Positions 8,331 to 16,507 of a DNA stretch of 34,035 bases are shown one piece after another. Both the position numbers and the translations under genes were made by a program. Position 1 is the stretch's first letter. Every line of letters begins with the position of its first letter. The stretch covers positions 1 to 34,035 of the forward strand of contig CAYPGY010000002.1 in assembly GCA_964410435.1 (NCBI GenBank), in the 5' to 3' direction. Below the pieces are notes generated by a model that saw only the letters and a program-made list of their open reading frames with translations, did no database searches and was not told the origin of the DNA. This DNA comes from an uncultured Candidatus Bathyarchaeia archaeon. GTDB lineage: Archaea > Thermoproteota > Bathyarchaeia > Bathyarchaeales > Bathycorpusculaceae.

Positions 8331-9107
8331 GTGTCTGGAAAAGCATTATCTGACGATATTTCAATAATCGATTTGACACCCGAGAACATAGCTGACTTTG
8401 GCGTCTGCGGCTACAGCAATGTGGAGAAGCATCTGGAGTTGCAGCGTAAAATCGCATGGTTTAAAGAATACTACCCCAAGGGGCTGAGGATTAAAGCGCT
8501 TATCTCCAAGAAAGGCGGCTATCAGGGTATGCTAGAGTATCTGCCGGGAAAGTATGCGCATCGCCCCGTCTTTGCCGAAGGCTACATGTTTATACATTGT
8601 ATATTCGTCGGCTTCAGAGCCCAATATAAGGGGAAGGGCTACGCCTCAGCGATGCTTGACACATGCATTGAAGAAGCTAAAGCGCAGGGCATGAAAGGCG
8701 TAGCAGTAGTCACCCGCAAAGGCTCATTCATGGCCAAAAAAGACATCTTTGTGAAGAAAGGCTTCCACGTGGTCGAGTTAGCTAAACCCGACTTTGAACT
8801 CTTAGCCCTAAAATTCGATGCTGACACCCCGAACCCCAAATTTGTTATCCCATCAACTGAAGACTACTCGACTGGGTTAACAGTCATCCGATCGCCCCAG
8901 TGCCCCTACTCGGTGAAGAACGTGGACGCAATCCTTGAAACCGCAAAAGAGATGGGTCTATCCGCGAAGCTGCTTGACTTCACCACTCACGAGGCAGCCC
9001 AGCGTTCACCCTGTGCTTTCGGCACATTCTGCATAATCAACAACGGCGAAATACTCAGCCACCACCCGATAAGCAACACAAGATTCAAGAATATAATGAA
9101 AAAATAG
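8331..9107 (+). CDS. GNAT acetyltransferase with C-terminal YoaP domain
   Basis: GMLEYLPGKYAHRPV, FIHCIFV, acetyl-CoA motif YKGKGYAS, QCPY...AAQRSPCAFGTF. Confidence 0.85.
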   Translation: MSGKALSDDISIIDLTPENIADFGVCGYSNVEKHLELQRKIAWFKEYYPKGLRIKALISKKGGYQGMLEYLPGKYAHRPVFAEGYMFIHCIFVGFRAQYKGKGYASAMLDTCIEEAKAQGMKGVAVVTRKGSFMAKKDIFVKKGFHVVELAKPDFELLALKFDADTPNPKFVIPSTEDYSTGLTVIRSPQCPYSVKNVDAILETAKEMGLSAKLLDFTTHEAAQRSPCAFGTFCIINNGEILSHHPISNTRFKNIMKK

Positions 9108-9351
9108 CTTGTTTACTCCTTTTTCTCAATCTCTTTTTTCTTAGAACTAACTGTTGTTATTGTTGAGGCAAGAAGAATTACTGCTGCTGAAAAGGCTGGG
9201 TTTCTGGGTTTGTCAAAATTTTCTGCAATACCCTGATATCGACAATCAGTGATCTTGCTTTTTTAATTCAGCAGCTTGTACTATCGCCACAACCAACCCA
9301 CAAACCAAACCCGACGCTTAACCAAAAACGGCTGTTTCCGCAAAAAGTTTT

Positions 9352-9399
9352 AGAAGATGATGTAGCAGGGCAGCGTTCCCTTCTTCTTCTAATTTAAAA
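9352..9399 (-). repeat. 48-bp repeat, copy 1 (family A), just downstream of polB1
   Basis: AGAAGATGATGTAGCAGGGCAGCGTTCCCTTCTTCTTCTAATTTAAAA is the exact reverse complement of 14184-14231. Confidence 0.95.
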
Positions 9400-9412
9400 T
9401 TTTTTACGCTGA

Positions 9413-12172
9413 TCAGCCTAGGAAGCTAGCTAGCCGAGTCATCCCAATAATCTCTTCAAAATTCAAACCCAACGCGTCAAGCACCTGATCAAACGTCGCC
9501 TGCAAATAAGCCACATATTTTTCCACGTCGATCTCGTTTCTGGACGCTAACTCGACTGGTTTAACACCGGCGTTCTCTTTAGCGGAGACATTCTGGTTTC
9601 CGGGCTTCATAACTTTAACGAAGCTGATCAAGTCTCCTGAGCGGATTTCTTTGCCGCTTTTCTCAAGCATCCTTGCCGCTTTAACGTGTTGTGGAGTGGT
9701 CTTTGTGTAGGCGGATAATTCGTCGCCCAGCACCATGTGGAAGGCGAGGTCACTGTTATCAGCCCATTCCCTGCGCTTTAGCGTGTTGTAGCGTTCGCGG
9801 ACGATTTGGGCGATTTCTTTTTTGGCTTTCTCGAAGTCCTGCGGGTTCTTAACCTGCCCCAGCTTCCCTTTCATCTGGTTAAACGCGTCCTTGATAAAGA
9901 TGGGAATATGCTTCTTTTTACCCGTCAAGCCTTTGACATCAACTGAGCCGTCGTCGAGTACGCCTAGGTAGTTCTTTTTGCGGCTGCTGAAAACTGCGTA
10001 GCGGTAGGTTTTATCCACGTCGATGCCCATGCCCAGCTCGTGCTCGGTGTAATGTACTACATCCTCTATCTGCTCTTTAGTGGGGTTTTTTAGGAATAAG
10101 CTGTCGGTGTCGCCGTAGAGCACTTGTATGCCTACGGTGCGGCAGTGATTCAAGATTTGGGTGATGCTGTAGCGGCCGATTGCTGCGGTGGCTTCGGCGA
10201 CTGGCGGACAGTAGAGGTCAAAGCTGTCGGCTCCAAAAACGCCGTAGCTGGCGTTTAAGATGACTTTAAGCGCGCCCTGAGCGATACTGTACCAGCTGCG
10301 TAGCTCCGGCGGCAGCGACTTGTCTTTGGCTTTGCTCTTGTACCAGCGCACACGCAGATCACGCAGCGACCCAATCAGCAGGCTTTCCAGCGCACGTTTC
10401 TCGGTACAGACCCAATGCTGAGTGTCAGGAATAGGCTTTTTAGCTCTACAGTCAGGATGGTTACAGCAGATAGACTGGTAACCCAGATTCCAAACTTTAA
10501 TAATGGATGGGTACAGGCTGGGAAAGTCCATTACGGCAACGTTAAAGTGCACTCCGGGAACGGGTTCCACGACGATGGCGCCCTTGTACTTTTTGCCTTT
10601 AATCACGGCGGTTGTACTGGTTTTCCCCTTTTTAGTTAGGATGTCCTCTGCGTTAGGGATGAGGTAGCCGCGGTTACGGTGTTCGCGGTGCATAAAGTTA
10701 CGGATCCATCTGCTCACACCCTGTCGGCTCACGTCCTCCATGGGCATAGATGCGATGCGAGTAAGCACCAGCAACAGCTTCATAGCAGAATCGTTGTCGT
10801 GGCTGGTTAACTTGTAGGTGATTTCGCTGTCGCGCAGACAGTAAGCTGCTAGTTCACTGTAGTTTAAGTCGCCGAATGCTTTCTCAAGGTGGATTTTCTG
10901 GGTGCCGATAAGTGCGGAGCCTACGTCGTCTAAGCTGACGTCTTTGTATTTGCCGCCGTAAGCGTACACCTGCACTGAGCGGTTGAAAAAGAATTTGTAG
11001 AGATCAATATGGATGCCATAACGTAAAAGGCATACGCGTTTACCGATTTCTATTGGTATATCAAATCGCTGGAATCCGAGGTTGTAGGCGCGGTGTGCGA
11101 GGTATCGGAGGTCGAAGTCGTCTCCGTTAAATGTCAGTATGAAGGGGTAATCGTTTAGGACGTCAAAGACTTTCTTAATTAGTTCCGCTTCGGAATCGCA
11201 GAACTCAACTTCCAACCCGCTGGTAAGCTGCGGGTCGCCGTCCTGCATGCCCTCACGTTTTAGGACAAGTACTTTTTTGTCGCCGTCGCTGCTGTAAATC
11301 GAGCAGGCTATGACGGGGCAAGCGCCTTCTCTTGCGTCGGGCACGCGGTTAGCCAGCGGCGAATACACCTCTATGTCTATGGCGGCTCGTCTGAACTGCG
11401 GCGCCGGGTATTCGAGCAGTTTAGCCCAGTTTTCAGCGTAGCTCTGCTCCTCACTCGTGCAGTCGTTGAAGACTTCGCGGATTTTAGCAAGGTTCTCCGA
11501 GGCCCTGTTATCGGTGACTGCAAGCAGATTTCCATCTTTTACCTCGTAGATCATGCCGGGCAACAGTTGCCTGTCATAGATGTATGACTGGTAATATTTG
11601 ATTTTAGATTCCCAAATTTTTGCACCTGCATCCTGCATTTTAACGCCGAAAACTTTTGGGAAATCCTCGGGTATAATGTCGCGGACGGTTTCTCCGGGGC
11701 GTCCTCCGATAGCTAAGGGGTCTTTGCAGACGATTTTTGTTACTTCGACTTCTCTGTCGTTTAGTGGGTCTACTCTTTTCACAGTTTCGAAATGGTCAAA
11801 GCCGCTGTGAGCTTTTACGCGCTCAAAGAGGTCCATTTCCTGCTCTGCTATGCTTGTTATGCAGTAGGGCAAGTGTCCGGTGTTGTCGTACCAGAAGTAG
11901 AGTTCTCCCTCGACTGGCTCGTACAGTTTAAGGACGGCTTTTCTTTGTTTGCCGTCGTATGACGCCGAGATTAAGTAGGATGGCCCAAGATTCGGTGGCG
12001 CTATCGGGGGGAAAATGCGTTCCTTTTTTACGCGCTTGACCGCTTGTGGTGCTGGCTCTTCAGGTTTGGCTGAAGCTGGCTCCTGTGGGGGTGGCGGGGC
12101 TTGCGCTTTAGCCTCTTCTTTGATTTGAGGTTTAGCGGGTTGAATAAACCATTTGTCGAGTGTGCTTGCCAT
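9413..12172 (-). CDS. polB1: Family B DNA polymerase, PolB1 (TACK Dpo1-type)
   Basis: ExoI AIDIEV, ExoII FNGDDFDL, ExoIII YCLRD, region II DFPSLYPSII, region III KVILNASYG, YGDTDS, KKNY. N-terminal YFWYDNTGHLPYC is typical of PolB1. Confidence 0.96.
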   Translation of the reverse strand: MASTLDKWFIQPAKPQIKEEAKAQAPPPPQEPASAKPEEPAPQAVKRVKKERIFPPIAPPNLGPSYLISASYDGKQRKAVLKLYEPVEGELYFWYDNTGHLPYCITSIAEQEMDLFERVKAHSGFDHFETVKRVDPLNDREVEVTKIVCKDPLAIGGRPGETVRDIIPEDFPKVFGVKMQDAGAKIWESKIKYYQSYIYDRQLLPGMIYEVKDGNLLAVTDNRASENLAKIREVFNDCTSEEQSYAENWAKLLEYPAPQFRRAAIDIEVYSPLANRVPDAREGACPVIACSIYSSDGDKKVLVLKREGMQDGDPQLTSGLEVEFCDSEAELIKKVFDVLNDYPFILTFNGDDFDLRYLAHRAYNLGFQRFDIPIEIGKRVCLLRYGIHIDLYKFFFNRSVQVYAYGGKYKDVSLDDVGSALIGTQKIHLEKAFGDLNYSELAAYCLRDSEITYKLTSHDNDSAMKLLLVLTRIASMPMEDVSRQGVSRWIRNFMHREHRNRGYLIPNAEDILTKKGKTSTTAVIKGKKYKGAIVVEPVPGVHFNVAVMDFPSLYPSIIKVWNLGYQSICCNHPDCRAKKPIPDTQHWVCTEKRALESLLIGSLRDLRVRWYKSKAKDKSLPPELRSWYSIAQGALKVILNASYGVFGADSFDLYCPPVAEATAAIGRYSITQILNHCRTVGIQVLYGDTDSLFLKNPTKEQIEDVVHYTEHELGMGIDVDKTYRYAVFSSRKKNYLGVLDDGSVDVKGLTGKKKHIPIFIKDAFNQMKGKLGQVKNPQDFEKAKKEIAQIVRERYNTLKRREWADNSDLAFHMVLGDELSAYTKTTPQHVKAARMLEKSGKEIRSGDLISFVKVMKPGNQNVSAKENAGVKPVELASRNEIDVEKYVAYLQATFDQVLDALGLNFEEIIGMTRLASFLG

Positions 12173-12278
12173 CCCATTTTTCCCTATGCCCCAGTATGGT
12201 GCATTGAAGCCTAAAAGCGTTTAGTGGGGGAAAACGTCGGAGTTCTCGATGTAGTAAACAGATGAATTAGCTACGCGG

Positions 12279-12473
12279 TTACTCTGTGTAGTATCCGTTT
12301 ATGTTATTGAGCACTGACTTGATGCGCGGCTTGTGTGTTCTGTGAATGTGGATGTCTACTTCTGCTTTTGTGTCGAAGATTTTTCCGCATTCAGCACACA
12401 TATACTGGCCTGCACGAGTTTCTGGGGTGCTTCGGCGTTTGGTTATTTGACTCAAATCCCAAATCTCCTTCAA
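12279..12473 (-). CDS. Small C2H2-type zinc finger protein
   Basis: YMCAECGKIFDTKAEVDIHIHRTH follows the C2H2 pattern (Y-x-C-x2-C-x3-F...H-x4-H). TTG start. Confidence 0.7.
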   Translation of the reverse strand: MKEIWDLSQITKRRSTPETRAGQYMCAECGKIFDTKAEVDIHIHRTHKPRIKSVLNNINGYYTE

Positions 12474-12532
12474 TAATTATAGAAAAGATAAAAGTTGCTT
12501 AACAGAATGTGTGCAAGCTTTACTGCTACACA

Positions 12533-12673
12533 CTATTCTTCCTCGTATTCTCTTCCTTCTTCGATTAGTTTGCGGACGCGTGGACCGCCTTTAGCGCCTC
12601 CTTTTCGGCCTGCTTCCTGCACCGTCATTTTGCCTTTTTCCCAGTTTTCGTCGCTCATTCGTCTTCTTGACAA
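12533..12673 (-). CDS. KGG / Em(LEA5)/GsiB-like small hydrophilic stress protein
   Basis: KGKMTVQEAGRKGGAKGG motif. SD GGAGGTG precedes TTG at 12673 (alternative ATG 12658). The track extension to 12802 is unlikely. Confidence 0.75.
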   Translation of the reverse strand: MSRRRMSDENWEKGKMTVQEAGRKGGAKGGPRVRKLIEEGREYEEE

Positions 12674-12829
12674 ATTGTCACCTCCATAATTGGAGTTTGT
12701 CATAGAACACAATGAAGCTAGCAGCGATGGTAAATTGATAAATTTATGTGATTGCCTACGTGAAGTAACAGCGGCAGTTTTTGAATTGCTTATTAGGGTC
12801 ATTGTGTTGTTTGGTAGCTGTGATTTGAT

Positions 12830-14182
12830 TTGTTGCGGGAAGCCTACACAATCGCCATCGAAACCCTCAGCTGGATGGAGCTACGCAGACTAAACGAGCG
12901 CTCAGCCTTAGTAAGAACCGCTAAGCAGCTAAATATCAGCAACCCCGGAGCTATGCGCTTAGCCTACGGAATGATCGTTGAGACTACCCGCCGAAAAAAC
13001 GTCATAGACAAACTCATTAACAACGTGTTAGCGCCTAAAACGTTAGGTGAATATGATCAGGGGCTGCAGGCTTTTCTGCGCCTCTACGTTTACCAGACCC
13101 GAGTGGTCAAGAACTGGGGTAAATATAACCTTAAAGAGGCAGAAGCCATCGCAAGCCTCGGCCGCAGTATTTTGGGTTGGGAGGCGATGCGTGAAATCGA
13201 ACCCTTCCTCGGTTTCCTGCTAACGCGGCAGATTGCGCCGATAATCGCTGAAGCGCCCGTGGCGGAGAAAATCGCGCTGCAGACTTTTAATCCAACATGG
13301 TTTGTGGAGTACTGCTTTAAGCTCTTCGGTAAAGAGGGCGCAGCAGCTTTTCTGCAGGGCAACCTGAATCCACCGCCGACTTATATCCGTATAAACACGC
13401 TTGCAGGCACCGAACAGGAAATCCTCGGCAAGCTCGAAGCGGAAGGCATAAAACTGGAAAAAACCGCGCCGCTGAAGTACACTTACAGGGTTTTGGAATC
13501 TAAGACGACGCTTAACAACTCTGCGAGCCTCAAAGCGGGCTTATTCTATGTGCAGGATAAAGCCAGTTGTTTTGCTTCTGAAGCAGCAAACCCAGCCTCT
13601 GGTAGCACAGTGTTTGACGTTTGCGCTGCACCCGGAGCTAAAACCACTTTCCTAGCGCAGCTTATGGGTAACAGTGGCAGTATTGTTTCGCTGGATTTCT
13701 CGGCTAAGCGCATGAAGACTTGGCAGAAGGAAACTCGCCGCATGCACACAGAAATAGCTGAGGCAATCGTAGCCGACGCGCGCGTCTTAATCCCGCTTAC
13801 AGGCGAAGCAGATTTGGTTGTTTTGGATCCCCCATGCACCAGCACCGGCGTCTTCGCGAAGCAGCCCTCCGCAAAATGGCGCCTGAGTCCAAAGAGCATC
13901 CAGAACATGAGCGAGGTACAGCTTCAGCTGATAAATAACTGCGCTGAGAAAGTCAAACGCGGTGGTGTCCTCACCTACTCTACGTGCAGTATTACGGAGG
14001 AAGAGAACGAGGGCGTAGTTGAAGCCTTCCTGAAAGCGCATCCGGATTTTAAGCTGGTTGAGATTGAACCGAAAATCGGCGTCCCCGGCTTACGTGGCTT
14101 GACAGCGTGCCAGCGTCTCTACCCGCACCTGCACCAATGCAACGGGTTTTTCGTAGCTAAAATGCAGCGAGCCAAGAGTTAA
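12830..14182 (+). CDS. RsmB/NOL1/NOP2/Fmu family RNA m5C methyltransferase with NusB-like N-terminal domain
   Basis: YIRINTL, YVQDKAS, DVCAAPGAKT, VLDPPCTSTG, YSTCSITEEENE, GFFVAK. Confidence 0.93.
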   Translation: MLREAYTIAIETLSWMELRRLNERSALVRTAKQLNISNPGAMRLAYGMIVETTRRKNVIDKLINNVLAPKTLGEYDQGLQAFLRLYVYQTRVVKNWGKYNLKEAEAIASLGRSILGWEAMREIEPFLGFLLTRQIAPIIAEAPVAEKIALQTFNPTWFVEYCFKLFGKEGAAAFLQGNLNPPPTYIRINTLAGTEQEILGKLEAEGIKLEKTAPLKYTYRVLESKTTLNNSASLKAGLFYVQDKASCFASEAANPASGSTVFDVCAAPGAKTTFLAQLMGNSGSIVSLDFSAKRMKTWQKETRRMHTEIAEAIVADARVLIPLTGEADLVVLDPPCTSTGVFAKQPSAKWRLSPKSIQNMSEVQLQLINNCAEKVKRGGVLTYSTCSITEEENEGVVEAFLKAHPDFKLVEIEPKIGVPGLRGLTACQRLYPHLHQCNGFFVAKMQRAKS

Positions 14183-14183
14183 T

Positions 14184-14231
14184 TTTTAAATTAGAAGAAG
14201 AAGGGAACGCTGCCCTGCTACATCATCTTCT
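14184..14231 (+). repeat. 48-bp repeat, copy 2 (family A), just downstream of the RsmB-like gene
   Basis: TTTTAAATTAGAAGAAGAAGGGAACGCTGCCCTGCTACATCATCTTCT, exact inverted copy of 9352-9399, starting 2 bp after the stop codon. Confidence 0.95.
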
Positions 14232-14411
14232 TAGATTTTAAGCTAAAGATTGCTTTTCTGAATCAGCAGGTGGGAAGCGTTGCTGTTTGGTTGAGGCGAC
14301 AGTACAACCAGCGCAGGCAAAAACGGGTCTTTTTCCGATAGCGGTTTAGCGGCTGTAACAAACAGCTAAAAACCATCCCCCGTTCCCTTCATGAAGAAGG
14401 CTGATTAAGGC

Positions 14412-14606
14412 ATAAAAAACGAAAACCTGCTACTTTTATTACTTACCAATTTAGGCGGCGTTTTCGGAGGCGCCTTTGTACTGGCGGTGCTTAACCCGCA
14501 ATCTGACTTCTACCTTTTGCTGCCAGCCTTTATATTACTGGGTGTAGTAGCGGCGAATCTGGCGCTGAGTTTTCTGCTTAAACTAACTAAGGAAAAAAAG
14601 AGCTAA
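14412..14606 (+). CDS. Putative unannotated 64-aa two-TM membrane protein with non-canonical (ATA) start
   Basis: Manual translation: IKNENLLLLLLTNLGGVFGGAFVLAVLNPQSDFYLLLPAFILLGVVAANLALSFLLKLTKEKKS*. In-frame TAA at 14406, so no upstream ATG/GTG/TTG is available. Ends 8 bp from the convergent HTH gene. Confidence 0.5.
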   Translation: MKNENLLLLLLTNLGGVFGGAFVLAVLNPQSDFYLLLPAFILLGVVAANLALSFLLKLTKEKKS

Positions 14607-14614
14607 CCGCTACC

Positions 14615-14800
14615 TTAGCTGTCCTCGAAGATGAAGACTTCCTCGATGGCGACGCCCAGTACTTTTGCGATGTCATGCGCCAGCTGCAGCGACGGATTAT
14701 ACTTGCCCTTCTCGAGGAAAAGTATGGTTTCTCTGCGTACGCCTACCTTCTGGGCTAGCTGCTCCTGTGTTAGCTGCTTCTGCTCTCGGAGTTCTTTCAT
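14615..14800 (-). CDS. XRE/Cro-family helix-turn-helix transcriptional regulator
   Basis: [48 protein letters not shown]...IEEVF, a classic short HTH_3 protein. Confidence 0.92.
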   Translation of the reverse strand: MKELREQKQLTQEQLAQKVGVRRETILFLEKGKYNPSLQLAHDIAKVLGVAIEEVFIFEDS

Positions 14801-14821
14801 ACGTGTTTTGAACGGGATGGT

Positions 14822-15172
14822 TTAGTCTCCTTTTTTGTCGTAATAGTTGAATGAGGAGACAAAGCCTGAGAGTGCTATAATGGGTATGGCGACGATTGCG
14901 GATATGAATGTGCCGGAATAGAGGTCAAGGAATGCGATGCATGCAACTGATGGGAAGAGGCTGATGAAGAAGGCGTTTCTTGCAGCTTTGGTGATGTTGC
15001 CCATCCAGCGTTCGTCCATCTGTATTTTGCCGTCTCTTGTTTTGGGTGTGATGTAGACGAAGAAGAGTAAGAGCAGGAATAGGAGATAGAGCAGTTGGTT
15101 GTCGTATACGATGCCTAGGATGCCTGTGAAGCCGAGGAACCCGAACCATCTTTGGCTAAATTTTAATGTCAT
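14822..15172 (-). CDS. DUF3796/DUF2178-like small membrane protein
   Basis: MTLKFSQRWFGFLGFTGILG...MDERWMGNITKAARNAF...FNYYDKKGD. SD-like AGGTG before ATG 15172. Typical partner of the downstream HTH gene. Confidence 0.75.
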   Translation of the reverse strand: MTLKFSQRWFGFLGFTGILGIVYDNQLLYLLFLLLLFFVYITPKTRDGKIQMDERWMGNITKAARNAFFISLFPSVACIAFLDLYSGTFISAIVAIPIIALSGFVSSFNYYDKKGD

Positions 15173-15177
15173 ATTTG

Positions 15178-15453
15178 TTACACCTGTATTATGCCTAATA
15201 CGCCTAGTGAACCTAGTATTAGCCCGATTGCTCCAAGTGCACCTAGGTACTTTAGGTTCTTGTTCCAGTAACGGAATTGTACGAAGCCAACGAACAGGCA
15301 TGCCCAGAAGAGGTACCATGGGTTATGGTAGGTGAAGGCGTTGACTGCTTGGAAGCCTATGACGCCTAAGAGTCCGACGGCTCCGTTTACGAGTCGGGAT
15401 GATTGTTTTTTGGTTGTTTGCTTTGTGTTTGTTTGGGTGTTCTGCATTAACAT
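15178..15453 (-). CDS. Small membrane protein (3 TM), first gene of the HTH cassette
   Basis: Gly-rich hydrophobic helices (GAVGLLGVIGF, LKYLGALGAIGLILGSLG). Ends 5 bp before the next gene. Confidence 0.7.
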   Translation of the reverse strand: MLMQNTQTNTKQTTKKQSSRLVNGAVGLLGVIGFQAVNAFTYHNPWYLFWACLFVGFVQFRYWNKNLKYLGALGAIGLILGSLGVLGIIQV

Positions 15454-15461
15454 CGCCTGAT

Positions 15462-15493
15462 GTTATGTATTTCTAACGTTATGTATTTCTAAC
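15462..15493. promoter_or_regulatory. Tandem 16-bp quasi-palindromic operator (GTTATGTATTTCTAAC x2)
   Basis: Perfect direct repeat at 15462-15477 and 15478-15493. Each unit is GTTA-N8-TAAC and lies immediately upstream of the membrane-membrane-HTH operon. Confidence 0.75.
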
Positions 15494-15513
15494 AAACAAC
15501 CTAATAAAGATAC

Positions 15514-16092
15514 CTAGCCAGAACCAAAATCCCCCAAAGTCCTCTGCGGCGTCTCCTTACTATACAACGGATACGTCACCTTACCTCCTTCAACATGCGC
15601 AGCCTCACTTAACTGATGCGTGATCGTGTCTGTTTTGCTTATGATGTGAAGCACCCGAATATGCCTCGCCGCCAACGCATCGCTAATTAGGCTTCGATGG
15701 CATTTCCACGGCAGCGCCTCCGCACACATCAACACCACCCTATTCTCCCTTGCCAACGCCACAATCTTCAGCAATGCATCCGCGAAGTCCTTGGTCTGCA
15801 AATAATCCGCGTAGCCACGGAAACTCAGGTTTTCCAAGCCGAGGTTGATGCTGTTAGCTTTAGGGTGGCGCAGTCCGCCGATTTCGGGCAGGTGCAGGTA
15901 CTTGATGCCGTAGCGTTTGAGGTAGGCGGGGAGGGTTTCCTTGTTGAATTGGGGATTATGTCGGCTGTGGGGCGCCGTGCGTACGTCGATGAGGAGGGTG
16001 ACGCCGTAGACTTGCAGCATCTCCAAGAATTCCTCCATGGTGCGTGTACTGTGCCCTATGGTTAGCACGGTTAAGTCTGGTTCCCTGCTCAA
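15514..16092 (-). CDS. DUF488 family protein
   Basis: TIGHSTR, LIDVRTAPHSRHNPQF, GGLR, FRGYADY, LMCAEALPWKCHRSLI. Confidence 0.92.
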   Translation of the reverse strand: MSREPDLTVLTIGHSTRTMEEFLEMLQVYGVTLLIDVRTAPHSRHNPQFNKETLPAYLKRYGIKYLHLPEIGGLRHPKANSINLGLENLSFRGYADYLQTKDFADALLKIVALARENRVVLMCAEALPWKCHRSLISDALAARHIRVLHIISKTDTITHQLSEAAHVEGGKVTYPLYSKETPQRTLGDFGSG

Positions 16093-16396
16093 GCTTTAGC
16101 CCTCACTGCCCTTATTGGCGGTTTGGGTATAAGAATTAATCCGCAAACATGCGTCTACACCAGAAACCTTGACTAAGCCTTGTCAAGGAACCTGTACAAG
16201 AAGCCTTTAATTGGCAAACCTGACCCAAATGGAATCATGAGCAAAGCTGGAAATGTTGCCTGCTTGTTTCTTCTGCGGGCGACAATTACAATTGGAGTTG
16301 TAGTGGACTTTATTTTGTTGTTTGTTATAGCTCGCTTTTTTATGAACCGAAAAATCAGGGTTCTTGAGCATAAGCTGGCAGCATAGATAACTGCTT

Positions 16397-16490
16397 TCTA
16401 TAGCTGTTTACCTAACTGCTCTATTAGCCAATCTATGCAGAAACTGTAGAGGGGGGTACCTCAAGTGCTTGGTAGGGAGGGGGAGGTATC
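16397..16490 (-). repeat. Intergenic repeat family B, copy 1
   Basis: Minus strand reads TACCTCCCCCTCCCTACC...CCCCTCTACAGTTTCTGCATAGATTGGCTAATAGAGCAGTTAGGTAAACAGCTATAGA, matching 22008-22117. An 18-bp core (16397-16414 vs 22100-22117) is identical. Confidence 0.85.
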
Positions 16491-16507
16491 TCCGAGGTAG
16501 GTAGGTC

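Noticed and set aside
9352-14231. Casposon or other self-synthesising transposon (PolB between inverted repeats)
   Set aside because: The polymerase is a cellular PolB1 type, there is no Cas1 or integrase, the cargo is housekeeping (RsmB), and repeat homology extends outward rather than inward as terminal inverted repeats would.
15462-15493. Mini CRISPR array
   Set aside because: Two adjacent 16-bp units with no spacer and no cas genes; better explained as an operator. No CRISPR array was seen anywhere in the window.
16180-16386. 68-aa ORF with a hydrophobic stretch
   Set aside because: It lies within the repeat-B-related intergenic blocks and starts inside the dyad; no recognisable family. 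Probably spurious, though not excluded.
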